Positions 26,197 to 44,037 of a DNA stretch of 64,000 nucleotides are shown piece after piece; position 1 is the first letter of the stretch, and every line of letters begins with the position of its first letter. The notes under the pieces were generated by a model. The model was not told the origin of the DNA. It ran no database searches and was given only the letters and a program-made list of their open reading frames with translations. The translations under genes were made by a program, and so were the position numbers. Source of the stretch: the human T2T-CHM13v2.0 reference genome, Homo sapiens; NCBI RefSeq assembly GCF_009914755.1, contig NC_060932.1, one strand, 5' to 3'.

Positions 26197-27421
26197 TTTT
26201 TGGGGGGGGGAGGTCGGGTGGGGGGGATTTTTAATCTTTTAATTTTCAAGATGGTTAAAATATTGAAATGTTTAAGTGGATAACTATATTATTCATAAAA
26301 TGACTGAGTGAAAACTAATACACTATGAGATGAAAAGTACTTGTCAGGGATTTTCAAGCTTTTGCTCAAGTAATTACTATGAAATAACAATTTCTAGAAA
26401 TGAAGAACAATCCGTGGAGAATAAATTACCATTGGTGTGGGGGAAAAAAGCCAAACAGAAGTAGAAAAAGGTGTAGCCGGCATACAAATGTTATCTACAG
26501 TGTATTTTTAGATTTTTTATACTTGACCAGGTCTCTTATGTCCTTTTTCTGGAAAACTGTTTTTAACTACTAAAGTGATTATAAATGAAAAAGTGGCCAG
26601 TAAAGTGACTACTATCTTCAGGGCTTTAAACCAGTTGGGATAATGTGGTAAGAGAAAAAGTTGAAGGTGTAATGCTACCCGCATACCCATTATTACTGTG
26701 ACTATGGCTTCACTAAGTCTTTCAGAAATAAGAAGGCAAACCATGAAAAGAAAAGAGGAGCTGTACTGCTAGCTAAATTAAGGTAGTCTGGTTTGGCTGG
26801 ACTACCTTCTGGTAGAGCAAAACCGCATCTGATCCCACCCAAGAAAGATGGAAACTGGCTCCATAAGCCATCTGAGTAAAAGCTAATATGGGAATATAAG
26901 TTTTTGTCATCAGCATGACCAGTGGTGGGGCAACGAAGGGGATTAGTCCTGCCAGAGTTACATATAATGCTGGCTTTGGGCTGTCAGTTAGGTAAGTGAT
27001 GGTGCTTGGTGGCCTGGCTGGAAGTGCTTGCTTCTGCTTCTTTTTAAAGCTGCAGGGGGATGTATGATAGCACTGTGTCTTGCTCATATGCACTGGAAAT
27101 GATGAGGAAAGCCAAGGCCTTGGAAATGGGGAAAAGTTCTGGAGAGACATCTTGAGAGAAAGTATATTTGTTCTGCTGGTTCTTAGTCCCACTGGGAAAG
27201 AGTACTTCAGCATCTTTGAAGATGCTTGAGAAAACTTCTGGATGAAGCGAAGCATACTGGGCCCTATTGAAAGTCTTGTTCAGGAAGATGCCAGGCAGTT
27301 CTGATTAACATGTTGTTACAGCTAAGCGGAGACACTGAATCAGGGGCATGTTTCCTTGGTGCCTCCCATCCCAACCTGCACCTGTGGCGACTTTGAGACT
27401 TTCCAGCATTGCACGGAGAGC
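26197..27421 (-). pseudogene. TMEM69P1: TMEM69 processed pseudogene
   Basis: ORFs 26773-27255 (MLRFIQKFSQASSK..) and 26517-26744 (..PEKGHKRPGQV*) are TMEM69 halves separated by two 1-nt frameshifts; intronless, both UTRs present; TSD aggagtaggcttt at 26184-26196 and 27422-27434. The P-number is from memory. Confidence 0.93.
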
Positions 27422-27801
27422 AGGAGTAGGCTTTATGGCTTGTTTTACACACAGTGTTTTTAATATCCCAGTCCTGATAAAATCAGCGTTTTAGGCCAAG
27501 AGGAATGGGGGACAAACAGACTCGAGCTTCCAACATTCCTAACCATGCATTCAGTTGTTTTGCATATGGTTGCTTTATGTCCATTGTGTACTTTTAATAA
27601 GCAGTTAAGATTTTTGCTACATTCCAAGGGTGATTAAGAGAGGAAGGAAGGGGGATTTTTATCCCAAAGAATCAGTTATTTCTTTTGGTGTATCTCATTG
27701 GCATTCTTTATAAACTCTACCTAAGTAATTCTGTTTCTTGAAGCTTTATGTCTAGAAGACTGACACAAAGTTAAACACATGGGTTACTAGAAATGGAGAG
27801 G

Positions 27802-28100
<299 letters not shown>

Positions 28101-28210
28101 AGAATGGAAAAGCCCTATCAGATAGTTTCATGATCCCTGGGGAAGGGACATAGGAAATCACAGTTAATTGCATGTTGTTCCCCATGATTTTATAGCTCTT
28201 TGCCTAATCA

Positions 28211-28638
<428 letters not shown>

Positions 28639-29270
28639 TCAAATAGCATCACAGACTCTTGAGATATCCCTTCGTTCTCAGAGATCCCATATAGTGCTGG
28701 TGATGCTGGCTTTTCCTGACTTGTTGCATAACCCAGGCTAAGGTCAAGAGCTGCCTCCATATTTACTTCTGCAAAGTAAGAAATTGTTCCCTTCTTGTCT
28801 CCACTATGGGAAGGGTGTGATGTTGGATTAAAATGACCTAGCAGAGCACATTATGTGCCTTAGCAGTTCACTGTATCTTTTTGTCTCATTGCTAATCCAG
28901 ATAAATGCCTCACTTTTCAATGTATTTCAAATCCATTTTGATATCTAGCCGCTTTCTCCTATTTTGTTGTCCACAGAGAAACAAGCAGTTATTCCTGCAG
29001 TTTTTCAAGTCTGTTTGCTGGGGTAGAAGGAAGAGGAAAACATACACACCCTTTGACTTAAATTGTGGTCTGTCCACCCTAGAAACAGCTTCCGTTGAAC
29101 AAGCTAGTCAGATTTCCAGGATGCCAAGTTATGTAAAAGAGGCTTAAGGCCAATAGTCCCTCTCCTTCCTGCACCCTCTTCCTACATGAATACTACATGC
29201 GGCAGCTCCTCCAGAGTCTGATATCCTTGTTCCTGCCCCCTTCCTTTCCATCCTCAAGAATGCAAGAAAT

Positions 29271-29530
29271 GGCCAGGCGCGGTGACTCACACCTGTAATC
29301 TCAGCACTTTAGGAGGCCGAGGTAGGCGAATCATTTGAGGTCAGGAGTTTGAGACCAGCCTGGCCAACATGGTGAAACCTGTCTCTACTAAAAATAGAAA
29401 AATTAGCTGGGCGTGGTGGCACGCACCTGCAATCCCAGCTACTCGGGAGGCTGAGGCATGAGAATCACTTCAGCCAGGGAGGCTGAAGTTGCAGTGAGCC
29501 AAGATTGTGCCACTTCACTCCAGCCTGGGC
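29271..29530 (+). mobile_element. Alu (3'-truncated)
   Basis: Alu consensus ending at gcctgggc. Confidence 0.93.
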
Positions 29531-29539
29531 TCGAACAAA

Positions 29540-29765
29540 TAGAAAGGAAAGGAAAGGAGGGAGGGAGGGAGGGAGGGAAAGAAACTTCCCCTACTCTGAG
29601 CCTTTTTGCCCCCTCCCCGTTTTTTATGGGGGGGGGAGGAGGAGGAGGGGGGAAAGAAGAAGAGAGAGAGAAAGAAAAGGGAGAGAGGGAGGGAAAAGGA
29701 AGAAAGAAATTTCTCCTACTCCAAGCCTTTCCAAGCCTTTCCGCCCCCTTCCTATTTTTTACTCT
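29540..29765. repeat. Alternating polypurine/polypyrimidine low-complexity block
   Basis: (GGGA)n and GA-rich runs with an imperfect ~50-bp direct repeat. Confidence 0.8.
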
Positions 29766-31064
29766 ACCCCTAAACATATTTGTGTAGTTTGACTGCTTAA
29801 CCAAACCACATCTCATTCCATTTGTCTTTCCTCTACCCTCAGTTCATTAACCAACAATACTGATTATGGATGATCTCAATAGACCATCTGTATAAACTGT
29901 AACCATTAAAGTTTTCTCCATAGAGGGATGTATTGTATTTGAAGTATTCATCATTTGAGGAAAATCTTGCTGTGCGAAGTGAGCATTTTTTTGTGACAGA
30001 GGAAAACTAATGAGACTATAGAAACATGTACTTTCTGTCTTTGTTTTTTATAGATGTGTTTAGGTTTTACAGCCAGTCTGGAAACTGACTTAAATATCAT
30101 TAAACTGCATTGGTGCTGGTCATGTGGGCAGTCTGGAGTTCTGGAGGGGACAGAGCAGGTGTCTTTGCCAAGGTGTTGAAAGAGCAACTCATGCAAAAGA
30201 ACTGCCAGCAGAAAGTGCAGGCTAAGGCTTTTCAAGGCTCCCCCTTCAGGCCTAACAAACACCAAAAATAGTGCCCATGGCCCATATAAAAGGGGCGTTT
30301 GGCAGCTCAGATACATGTTTTAAAGGGGAAGGAAAAAGAAGGCATTACAAGGATGTCTCCACACCCATGGAATCACTTAAAGTGTTTCTGCACACTGGCC
30401 AAGTTTTCTGCTAAATGGCTCATAGTGTATGGAAACCAGCCAGATCTGCAACCTTCTGCCCAGAAGCCCATGCAGGCCTTCTGCCAACTAGAGTACTAAG
30501 ACAGCAGGCGAGAAGCTGTCGGTTGGCCAACCCAGAAAAAGTTAGTCTTAGCACCATATACCCATCTATGTGACCCTTACCAGCAAGAGCAGCTGCTGCT
30601 GTAGAATGAAGAATTTGGCTTAAAACAGCACAACAGACTCAAGTTTTGTTTTATTCCACCTAAAACTTAGATATGCTTTAAAAACAACAACAACAACAAA
30701 AAAGTTTATTTAAACAAGATGCTTGGCTTGAAGGGAAAACGAAAACTATCTAGGATTCTTTTTTTTAGAGTAATTTATCCCTACTTAAAGACAGATTGCC
30801 CTACATGTAACAGCTACATACAAGAAAGTTATAAAATTGTCATTGGTTTTACAATTAAAATTCTCCAGTTGAACAAGGTATGCAGGATTTTTGTGTTTTT
30901 GTTGTTTAAACAAGAACAAAATAACTTGCAGGAATATAAAGAGTTGAATGAGCATGCCACAGTGGAGAAAGGGTATTTTCACAGAAACAATATTTTTCCC
31001 CATCCCATTTCCACTTGATGTCAATCAAAACATAGCGGCTGTTCAGTTTTTAAAAAACGCAACA

Positions 31065-31380
<316 letters not shown>

Positions 31381-31710
31381 TTACTTCATGTACAGTAAAG
31401 GAATGGGGAAGGGGGAAATGAAGGAATAGAGAAACCTATACTGTAGTAGTCAGGATGTGGTGGAACCACATTGCAGTTTCCTAATTGGGAATATAATCTT
31501 GGTCTCTAAGAACAGAGTTCTGGAGTAAAGAAGCAGGTTCCCTTTCCAGTAGACACCTCCTGTCTGCTGCTGCAACACATCAATTGTATCTTCATCCTCC
31601 TTTTCCAACTGTGCAAGTGTGTCTGTTTCACTGGTGCCTATCAAATTGGAGTCTGATCTGCCTCATTGACAAACCCTGTCCTTCACAATAGGCTCCCGTT
31701 AGTTTACTAA

Positions 31711-32047
<337 letters not shown>

Positions 32048-32076
32048 TAGTTTACTAAGTGGTGTATGCCTCTTAA

Positions 32077-32820
<744 letters not shown>

Positions 32821-33383
32821 TTTTTTTTTTTTTTTTAATCATTATAATAGTGTAAACACAATTTTTATTAAGATGGAAACCTCTTAACCCAGGAAATAAA
32901 AATTATATATCCCTTGATGTATGTCAACATGTAGCAGGTATATTTCTTCAATAGAGCAAAGATAGTTTTGTGAGGAACTGTGATTAAGGGTAGGATGCAC
33001 ATAGTTCACCAGCAATGAGGGTTGGAGCCGCGTTTCTCTAAGGAAAGGCTAGGATTGAGTGTGGCATCATCTTGGCTGCTACTTACTAGTCACAGGTCTG
33101 GGCTGCGGTGTCTCAGCCCCTGCTATCCAAGTGACACGTTCCAATTTCTGGGCTCCTAGATGGGGATGTCCAAGCTAGGCCTACTCAGGGGCAGATGAGT
33201 CTTCACCTGTGCCTAAGGAAAGCCCTGGCTCTGGGAAGACAAGGAGCAATGGGTCTGCTGTCTGTGACCAGCAACAGCATAAAGGACCGTGTTGTCTCAT
33301 GTGGCAGGGACGCCCCTTGCACCCAGTGTGGTGGCCTTTGTGTGATATCCATTTTATTCATTTTAACTAAAGGAATGTATTTC

Positions 33384-33525
33384 TTTTCTTTTCTCTTTTT
33401 TTTTTTTTTTTAATTCAGAGACAGGATCTCACTAAATTGCCCAGGCTGGTCTTGAACTCCTTGGCTCAAGTGATCCTCTGCCTCGGCCTGTTGGGATTAT
33501 AGGCATGAGCCACCATACCTGGCCA
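33384..33525 (-). mobile_element. Alu monomer (FLAM-like)
   Basis: TSD aaggaatgtatttc. Confidence 0.85.
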
Positions 33526-33869
33526 AGGAATGTATTTCAAATTACTCTTTTTCTCTATTTTACTTCACAGGGTGTTCCTTGACTTGTTTTTAACTGTAGG
33601 TCTTTATTAAATTTACCTTTCCTATATTTAGTTGCCTTCAGTAAATAATAATAGCAGCTCTAAATCCCAGTCTTCTCTATCTTGACGACCTGTTGACATT
33701 TCATATTCATGGTGTCCAAAATGGAAAATTGTCCTCCCTTTTCCCCAGATCTCCTCCTGTTGATTTAATGTGTCTCCGTTGTGTTCCCGTCTTCCTGACT
33801 TAAGATCACAGGTCCTCTTCACTTCGCCCCTCTTTCTTTCCCTGTGGCTTCTACCCTTTTATGAGGTAG

Positions 33870-34030
33870 CATAACATTTACCATTTACTGAGCCCTTCCT
33901 GTATGCAGACATGCTTAGATATATTATTAACTCTATCCCCATTTTACAGGTGAGGAAACCGAGGGTTTCAGAGGTAATTAACTGGGCCAAAGTCACCTAG
34001 TAAGTGGCAGAGGACTTGAATGCAGATTGA
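33870..34030 (-). mobile_element. MIR
   Basis: ccccattttacaggtgaggaaaccgagg core. Confidence 0.7.
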
Positions 34031-34713
34031 ATACATCAAAGTAGGTAATGCATTTCTTTGAGACATCTAGAATTTCAGAATTCTGTACATATAACTTCTT
34101 GCTTCTTAACAATCATCAATTTCTACTAATTTGAATTAATACATCCCAAGAAGGAAAGCAGGTTGTGCAAAGCTGTGTAAACTGTAAACTTGGGGTGGAT
34201 CTTCAACTTGAAGTTCGTGTTAACATAAGTAAAGCTGTCAGTTTCCCATTTAATTAGACTGGAAAATGCTCTGCAAATATCAGCTTTTCATTGTTATAAA
34301 GAATGTATTCAGGCAGGAAGAGGGATCAACAGAGGTGGGCCTTTTAGAGTGGTTGTTTTTAAGGGAGCAATTTCCTTTTGAGGAATTGTCCCTGCCCCTG
34401 CCCCAGAAAGCCAGTATCGCTGTCTATTTTCACACCTATCCAATAGAGACAGAAAAGAGTAGTCAATTCCCATGGGAGTGTAAGCTTTTTTTTTTTTCCC
34501 CTGTTGAAGTTAATGCATTGTATCATCTGTGTCCCTGAGAGTTAAACTTCCTTAAACATCTTAATACAAAATCCAGGTATGAGCTGGGCATCAAGACACA
34601 TTGCAAACTCATAGGTTTCAATAAAATTACATAAGTAATGGATTGCAAGAAGGAACAGAAAATAAAGCCAATAACATCCTTTTGGTCTCCATCTGAAAAT
34701 GACTTCCTTCTAG

Positions 34714-35050
<337 letters not shown>

Positions 35051-35383
35051 CTGGGTGGCATTCATTTTATGTTCTTCCATGGCATCCTCAGCATCCCCAA
35101 TCAAGGTATATCTTCCGCTCTATGGTTACTGCTTTTCTTGTCGATAGTCCCCCAGTAGATTATAAACTCACAGAGAGTCTATGTGTTACTTATTGCTCTG
35201 TTCGTGTATGGCACATGTCTGGCAGATAGAAGGAACTCAAAACATATTTACTAGAATAAAATAAAATAAGCACATAAGGAGAATTAAAGCCAGCTGTAAT
35301 CCCATCCCAGTGACTGCAACAAATTTTTAAAAGCAACTCAGTGGAGCTCAAGTTCCATAGAGACAATTCAGAAGAGCCTACTA

Positions 35384-35749
<366 letters not shown>

Positions 35750-36449
35750 TTAATTCATTCCTATAGATGATGCAAGGAGACCGCGGGAAGGTCACTGCCC
35801 CAGCAACCCTGCCAAAGCCACAGCTGGAGTAGTGTGTACTGGGCTGGGGGGCTTTTAGGGGAGTGTCGACTTTTAGAAGAAAGTTGTAAAGGTGATAACA
35901 GCAACACAGTAATAAAAGGATTGCTTTCCGAAGAAAGATTAAAGTCCCGCTAAGATGAGAGGCTCCCTAATAGTCTGCCTAAATTTGAAATCAAAAGGAA
36001 ACCAGCATTCTTAGTTCTTACTATTCTTGTGATCAAGTCCCATTCACGTGAGCTTAATTCAGTAGGAATCTGAATACAAAATTAAATTGCTAGATGTGTC
36101 TCCTCTTAGGAGCTTTCTCTTTTCCCTTTCCTAGTAAATCGTTGTTAAAGCAATAAATGACCAAATCTAAGACCTTGGTGGAACCCTGAGACCTTGGATA
36201 AATGGGGGGGAATTCTCAACAGCTACTATGCAACTTAAAGATAGTGACCTGTTCACCTACTTCCTGGTCACTTCAGATTTAAATGAAATCCCTGTAAGAC
36301 CATACATGATAAACCTTGTTTGTCTTTAATCCTTTATAAGAAGATCACAAAATTCCAATAGTAAAAGCAATGTAAATTCCCCTGTGGCAGGTACCATAGA
36401 CTCAAGCACAGAAATTCCCACTGCAGGCAATTTCTGCAGTGGAAATGAA

Positions 36450-38190
<1,741 letters not shown>

Positions 38191-38512
38191 TTATCTCATC
38201 CTTGATAGGAAGCTGCATCAATCTGATTCCACAAAACTACAAGGCTCTAAAATCCTGGTTAGAGCCGGTGTAACCCAGTCCCTTCTACAGCATGGCATAG
38301 GGCAAGATCTATAAATAAGCAAAAGGCCCAGTCCCTGTCCTCAGGAGCTCATGGTCCAAGTCAAAATCACATAAAAACATTTGAGTCCCCTTTGAAATGA
38401 GTATTGTTTTCTTGAACAAATTTTCAACTTGCTGTAGTTTTTTTCCTGATCACTTTCATCCTGTCTTTCCAAGATGGGATATGTTTATTTAGAAATTACT
38501 TCACCTGGGACA

Positions 38513-39039
38513 GCTGCTTCTCTCTTTTGCTCAGGCCCGTAGCACTGCAGGATGGGCAAGTGTCGTGGACCTCATACTGCTAGGAGTCTCTGTAGTCACC
38601 AACAAGATCAGAAGTGGCATGATAAACAGTACAAGAAAGCCCATTTGGGCACAGCCCTGAAGGCCAACCCTTTTGGAGGTGCTTCTCATGCAAAAGGAAT
38701 TGTGCTGGGAAAAGTAGGAGTTGAAGCCAAAAAGCCAAATTCTGCCATTAGGAAGTGTGTCAGGGTCCAGTGGATCAAGGATGGCAAGAAAATCACAGCC
38801 TTTGTACTCAGTGATGGTTGCTTGAACCTTATTGTGGAAAACCATAAAGCTCTGGTTGCTGGATTTGGTCAAAAAGGTCATGCTGTTGGTGATATTTCTG
38901 GAGTTCGCTTTCAGGTTGTCAAAGTAGCCTGTGTCTTTCTTTTGGCCCTATACAAAGGCAAGAAGGAAAGACCAAGATCATAAATTTTAATGGTGAAAAC
39001 ACTGTAGTAATAAATGTTCATATGCCAAAAAGAAAAAAA
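38513..39039 (+). pseudogene. RPS23P1: RPS23 (uS12) processed pseudogene, full-length, with an intact ORF at 38552-38983
   Basis: 143-aa [16 protein letters not shown], ~22 substitutions against recalled RPS23; 5' pyrimidine (TOP-like) tract, AATAAA at 39009-39014, A-tail, 22-bp TSD agaaatta(ct/tg)tcacctgggaca at 38491-38512 and 39040-39061. The P-number is from memory. Confidence 0.95.
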
Positions 39040-39790
39040 AGAAATTATGTCACCTGGGACAATGGTGCCATCAGTCAGCCTGTCCTCAAAGGAACCCTCT
39101 GGACATGGACCCAACTGTCCATGTAGATGGGGTATCCCAAAGGGAGCTCTGCCCTGCCTACAGGGTTCCCCTCCCTGGGCTGGAGTCCAAGCTCATCCAC
39201 TACCTTGGAACATTCCCTTAACCCTGCATCTCCAGCTCCAACAAATGGGCAGCTGGCCGGATATGAAGATGTTTCCTCTCCTGGCCTTCTACTTGAGGGA
39301 GACAGGGAGGAGCTCTAATAGTTTACATAGGACTCAAACACTGTCTGTCACCTAGGGAAACAGTGCACGTGAGATGACATTGCAATTTTACATGTCTCCT
39401 CATGCATTCAGTAGAGCTTTATTTTAGGTTTATAGGTCCGTGAGGCAACCTGTTTCTTCTTCAGTTTCCTTATACTGTACTCTGGTCCCCTTTGGATTTG
39501 ACAGTCTCATTTCAATCTGCCCTCTAGGCCAGATAGCTAGGTCTCAAGTAAGAAGGATTCTAATGCAAAACAAAAAGTTCTAATGTTTACAAGGAGCAAA
39601 GGGATGCTTATGTTTAAAGTCTATATTCGAGGCTGTTCACGAGTGTGAGGCCTGGGTCAAATGACTCTCCTGACCCAAATCCTTACTCCACAATAGACTA
39701 CGTGGAGATCGAGAACTGAGAGTTGATCCCAAGTATAGCTACTCAGGTTGTGATTAGTTTAAACAGATACCAATTCCAGTTAACTTGTGA

Positions 39791-40370
<580 letters not shown>

Positions 40371-41411
40371 CCAGAACTAAAAATCTTAAACCCACACTTC
40401 TGAATAAGGTTCTCTGTACATCTAGCACATGGCAGGACCTCTAGCAGAAAAGGCAATTTTGGCCTTTTCCTAATCTATAGTCTTAATTATCAACTTGCAA
40501 TTCATCCTGAAGGTAACCCAGAAATCATTTCATTGTTTGTTCTGCCTTTATATTTCAGGACATTGAACTTGCTTTTCCTTCATTTTTTTCTGGCAGACCT
40601 GAAGATCATCCCACAAGGTAGAACAACTCATTTAACCTATTTGACTTGGCCCCAAGTGTAATTTGTACATAGATTAACTATTCTGAAGAATTCCAATAGA
40701 ACTCCCTGGGGGGAAAACACCCATTTTAATTGGCATACACCAGAGTCACTGGAATCAGTTACTAAATTACAATTTCCTTACAATTTGGAAGGGTTTGGGG
40801 ATTGTTATTGTTTTCCTGGTAAATTACTGGATCACACTGGTGTCTTGGAATAAGTCAACACATTTTAAATTTAAGTTTCCATAAACTGTAGCTCAACTTC
40901 CCAAGTTCCTAGGGGATTTTCACTGGCCCAGACTCAGGAAGAATTTTCTTCTATGGGATCCAAGACTTCAGAGACCAAACATTTCCTGAAGACTTTCCTC
41001 TGCTTTCTGACCTCCACCTACCTCCTCCCAAAGACATAACAAAAAAACTATTTGTGATCAGTGCAGGCAGCCAAGAGTGCCCAGTGGGCCTAAGGTACTG
41101 GGTAAAGGAACAGGAATCCACAATTCTTTCTTGGTATTAAGGTATCATTGACTTGCCTGATGGCTCGAGTATGTTAACCCCTTGCTTCATGGCTGGAATT
41201 TTAATTACCCCTCCTGGAGCTTTTCTGAAGAATTGATTTTGGCGTTTATTCATATTTCAGAAATCAACTCTATCATCAAATAGGAATGATGGTTAATTAC
41301 AAAACAAAGTCCGCCGAAAGCACCAAATTATCAGACTGTGGCACATCCAGAGGTTTTGAAACTAGTTAGCGCTGCTGCCTCTGCTGGTAGCTTGTTAAAA
41401 CCTGAACTGGG

Positions 41412-41703
41412 GCCGGGCGCAGTGGCTCACGCCTGTAATCCCAGCACTTTGGGAGGCCGAGGCGGGCGGATCACGAGGTCAGGAGATCGACACCATCCTG
41501 GCTAACACGGTGAAACCCCGTCTCTACTGAAAATACAAAAAAAATTAGCCGGCCGTGGTGGCGGGAGCCTGTAGTCCCAGCTACTCTGAGGCAGGAGAAT
41601 GGCGTGAATCCGGGAGGCAGAGCTTGCAGTAAGCCAAGATTGCGCCACTGCACTCCAGCCTGGGCGACTCCGTCTCAAAAAACAAACAAACAAACAAAAA
41701 CAC
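41412..41703 (+). mobile_element. AluY with two small deletions
   Basis: AluY diagnostics (cacgaggtcaggagatcga..ccatcctggctaacacgg, gaatggcgtgaa); TSD aaaacctgaactggg at 41397-41411 and 41704-41718. Confidence 0.93.
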
Positions 41704-42159
41704 AAAACCTGAACTGGGTGCGTTGGCTAGTGGTTTGGGAACAGAATTTTGGAGCTTTATAGGAGATGTCCTGGTCTGTTATACATCCACTCACCCCAGC
41801 CTCCAGGAACTGGGGAGCTGGTAGAGGGGGGTGCCGGCCACTTTGACTGTCGCTGGCCAATCCTGTCTTCTGCATCCCTCCAAGGCTCCATGGGGACATC
41901 CAAGGTGAGGTTCCTCCATTCTGCAAAGTTGCAAATGTCTCTGCTCATAATTTCAAAAGTCTTGTCTGAACTAGACTTTCCCTGCTCCCTCGGGGTAGGA
42001 ATTTTGTCTCCTCTCCATCCTGGCATCTTTACCTCCTCCCCATCCCGGGGCCTGGTCCCCAGCCAGTGGACGCTCTGTTAATATGAACTGGCACTGGTGG
42101 GGTGCTCTGGGCACTGGCAAGACAGCTCTTGGCGCTTGTCATCAATTAGCCCAATTCTC

Positions 42160-43200
42160 ACCACTTTTTTCTCCATCCCCGCGTCAGTGGGTGCGTCCCG
42201 CAGGTCATGACCCCAAGTTCTAGATGTAAGATTCCTGCCATGTCTCCTTTCCCCCAGAAGACCCCTCCCCGCACTCCCAACCCGACAGGCCCCTAAAGCT
42301 GCCTGTGTTCCGTGCCTGCGGCTCCGGACCCCTGGAGTCTGATGCCCGCCTGGGCTCAGGCACGGACGGAGTGGAGCCAGGTGGCAGCAGGCAGGGCGCG
42401 CCGCCAGAGTGCCCAGCTCCCGGGGCTGCCCACAGGGTGGGGCCGCCCTCGCCGCCGCTCCCTCTCCGCGCCTTCCCCATCCCCAAAGAGGACACCCCTC
42501 CTTCCGCCCGGCCCGCTCCCCACCCCCGCCGCGGCACCGCCTCCCCAGCCGCCCGCCCTTGCCCAGCGCCTCCCAGGCAGCCAGCGAGCGAAGGGAGCGC
42601 TCTGGGATGGGACTTGGAGCAAGCGGCGGCGGCGGAGACAGAGGCAGAGGCAGAAGCTGGGGCTCCGTCCTCGCCTCCCACGAGCGATCCCCGAGGAGAG
42701 CCGCGGCCCTCGGCGAGGCGAAGAGGCCGACGAGGAAGACCCGGGTGGCTGCGCCCCTGCCTCGCTTCCCAGGCGCCGGCGGCTGCAGGTGAGCGCGGCG
42801 CGCTTTCCCCCGGCTCTGCGCGGCCGGGCGGCCTCGAAGTGCAGGCGGACCGACCCACCGACAGAATACCGAGCCTGGGCTGCCCGACGCGCAGGCGCCC
42901 TCCCCAGGCCCGCACTGCAGCCCCCAGCGCCCCGGGGCCCCGGCGCCTTCGGACCCCTCCGAGGACAGGGGGAGAGGGAGGGCGGCGCTGCCCGACCCCT
43001 CGGCCGGGAGAGCTGGGCGCGCTCCCTGCGCAGGACAAGCCGCGCTGCAGCCGCCCCGGAGTGCCCCGTGGGGGCGCTGTGGCACGCAGCGGGGACGCCC
43101 AGACCCCGGCCACCGCGACCCAGGGAAAGGGAGACCTGTTGAGCGGGTATGCAGGGTGATTCCTATTCCACGGACAGCCGATGGCTCCCCCTTCCCTCTT
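42160..43200 (+). promoter_or_regulatory. MATN2: CpG island / GC-rich upstream promoter of MATN2
   Basis: Very high GC and CpG density, GC boxes, CTCF-like motifs at ~42374-42389 and 43063-43079; no TATA box seen. Confidence 0.9.
42583..42788 (+). other. MATN2: MATN2 non-coding exon 1 (start approximate)
   Basis: Strong donor CAG|GTGAGC at 42788/42789; matches the recalled MATN2 mRNA leader that joins to 61579. Confidence 0.8.
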
Positions 43201-43589
43201 CGGAACCTGGTATTTTCATGCCCGTGTCATCTGGATTTTGTTCTTGGGTCTCTATGGCAGCTAAACCTCCAGCTTCCCTATATTGTGGAAGAGGGAGAGA
43301 AAGGGGAAGGCATTTTGTGGTAGTTGCTAGAAACCCCAGAACAATTTGGAGCCGTTTGGGGAGAGGACAGAGAAATGGGGACTGTCCCTGGTAGGGTCTC
43401 CAGGACTGGGGGCACAGGAAAGTGCTCTCCTCAGGGACACTCGCGCCCACCCTGAACAAACCCAATTGACCAAGTTTCAATTTGTCATAAATCAGGAAGC
43501 CACAATGCATCTGCACCAAGCACACTTAAAATCGGCCTTTAAGGAATGGGGCAGTCAAGAGACTTCAGGGACCCGTGGTCGAGAGCAGA

Positions 43590-44037
<448 letters not shown>

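Noticed and set aside
31450-31644. C-terminally extended SUMO paralogue (stop changed to Trp)
   Set aside because: The upstream CDS is deleted, frameshifted and split by two Alus, so no intact SUMO fold can be made
38531-38881. 116-aa minus-strand ORF
   Set aside because: Antisense shadow of the RPS23 retrocopy with no independent support
42078-43159. Long ORFs of 276-335 aa on both strands
   Set aside because: Several frames are open at once with low-complexity P/A/R/G content, as expected from stop-codon scarcity in a CpG island
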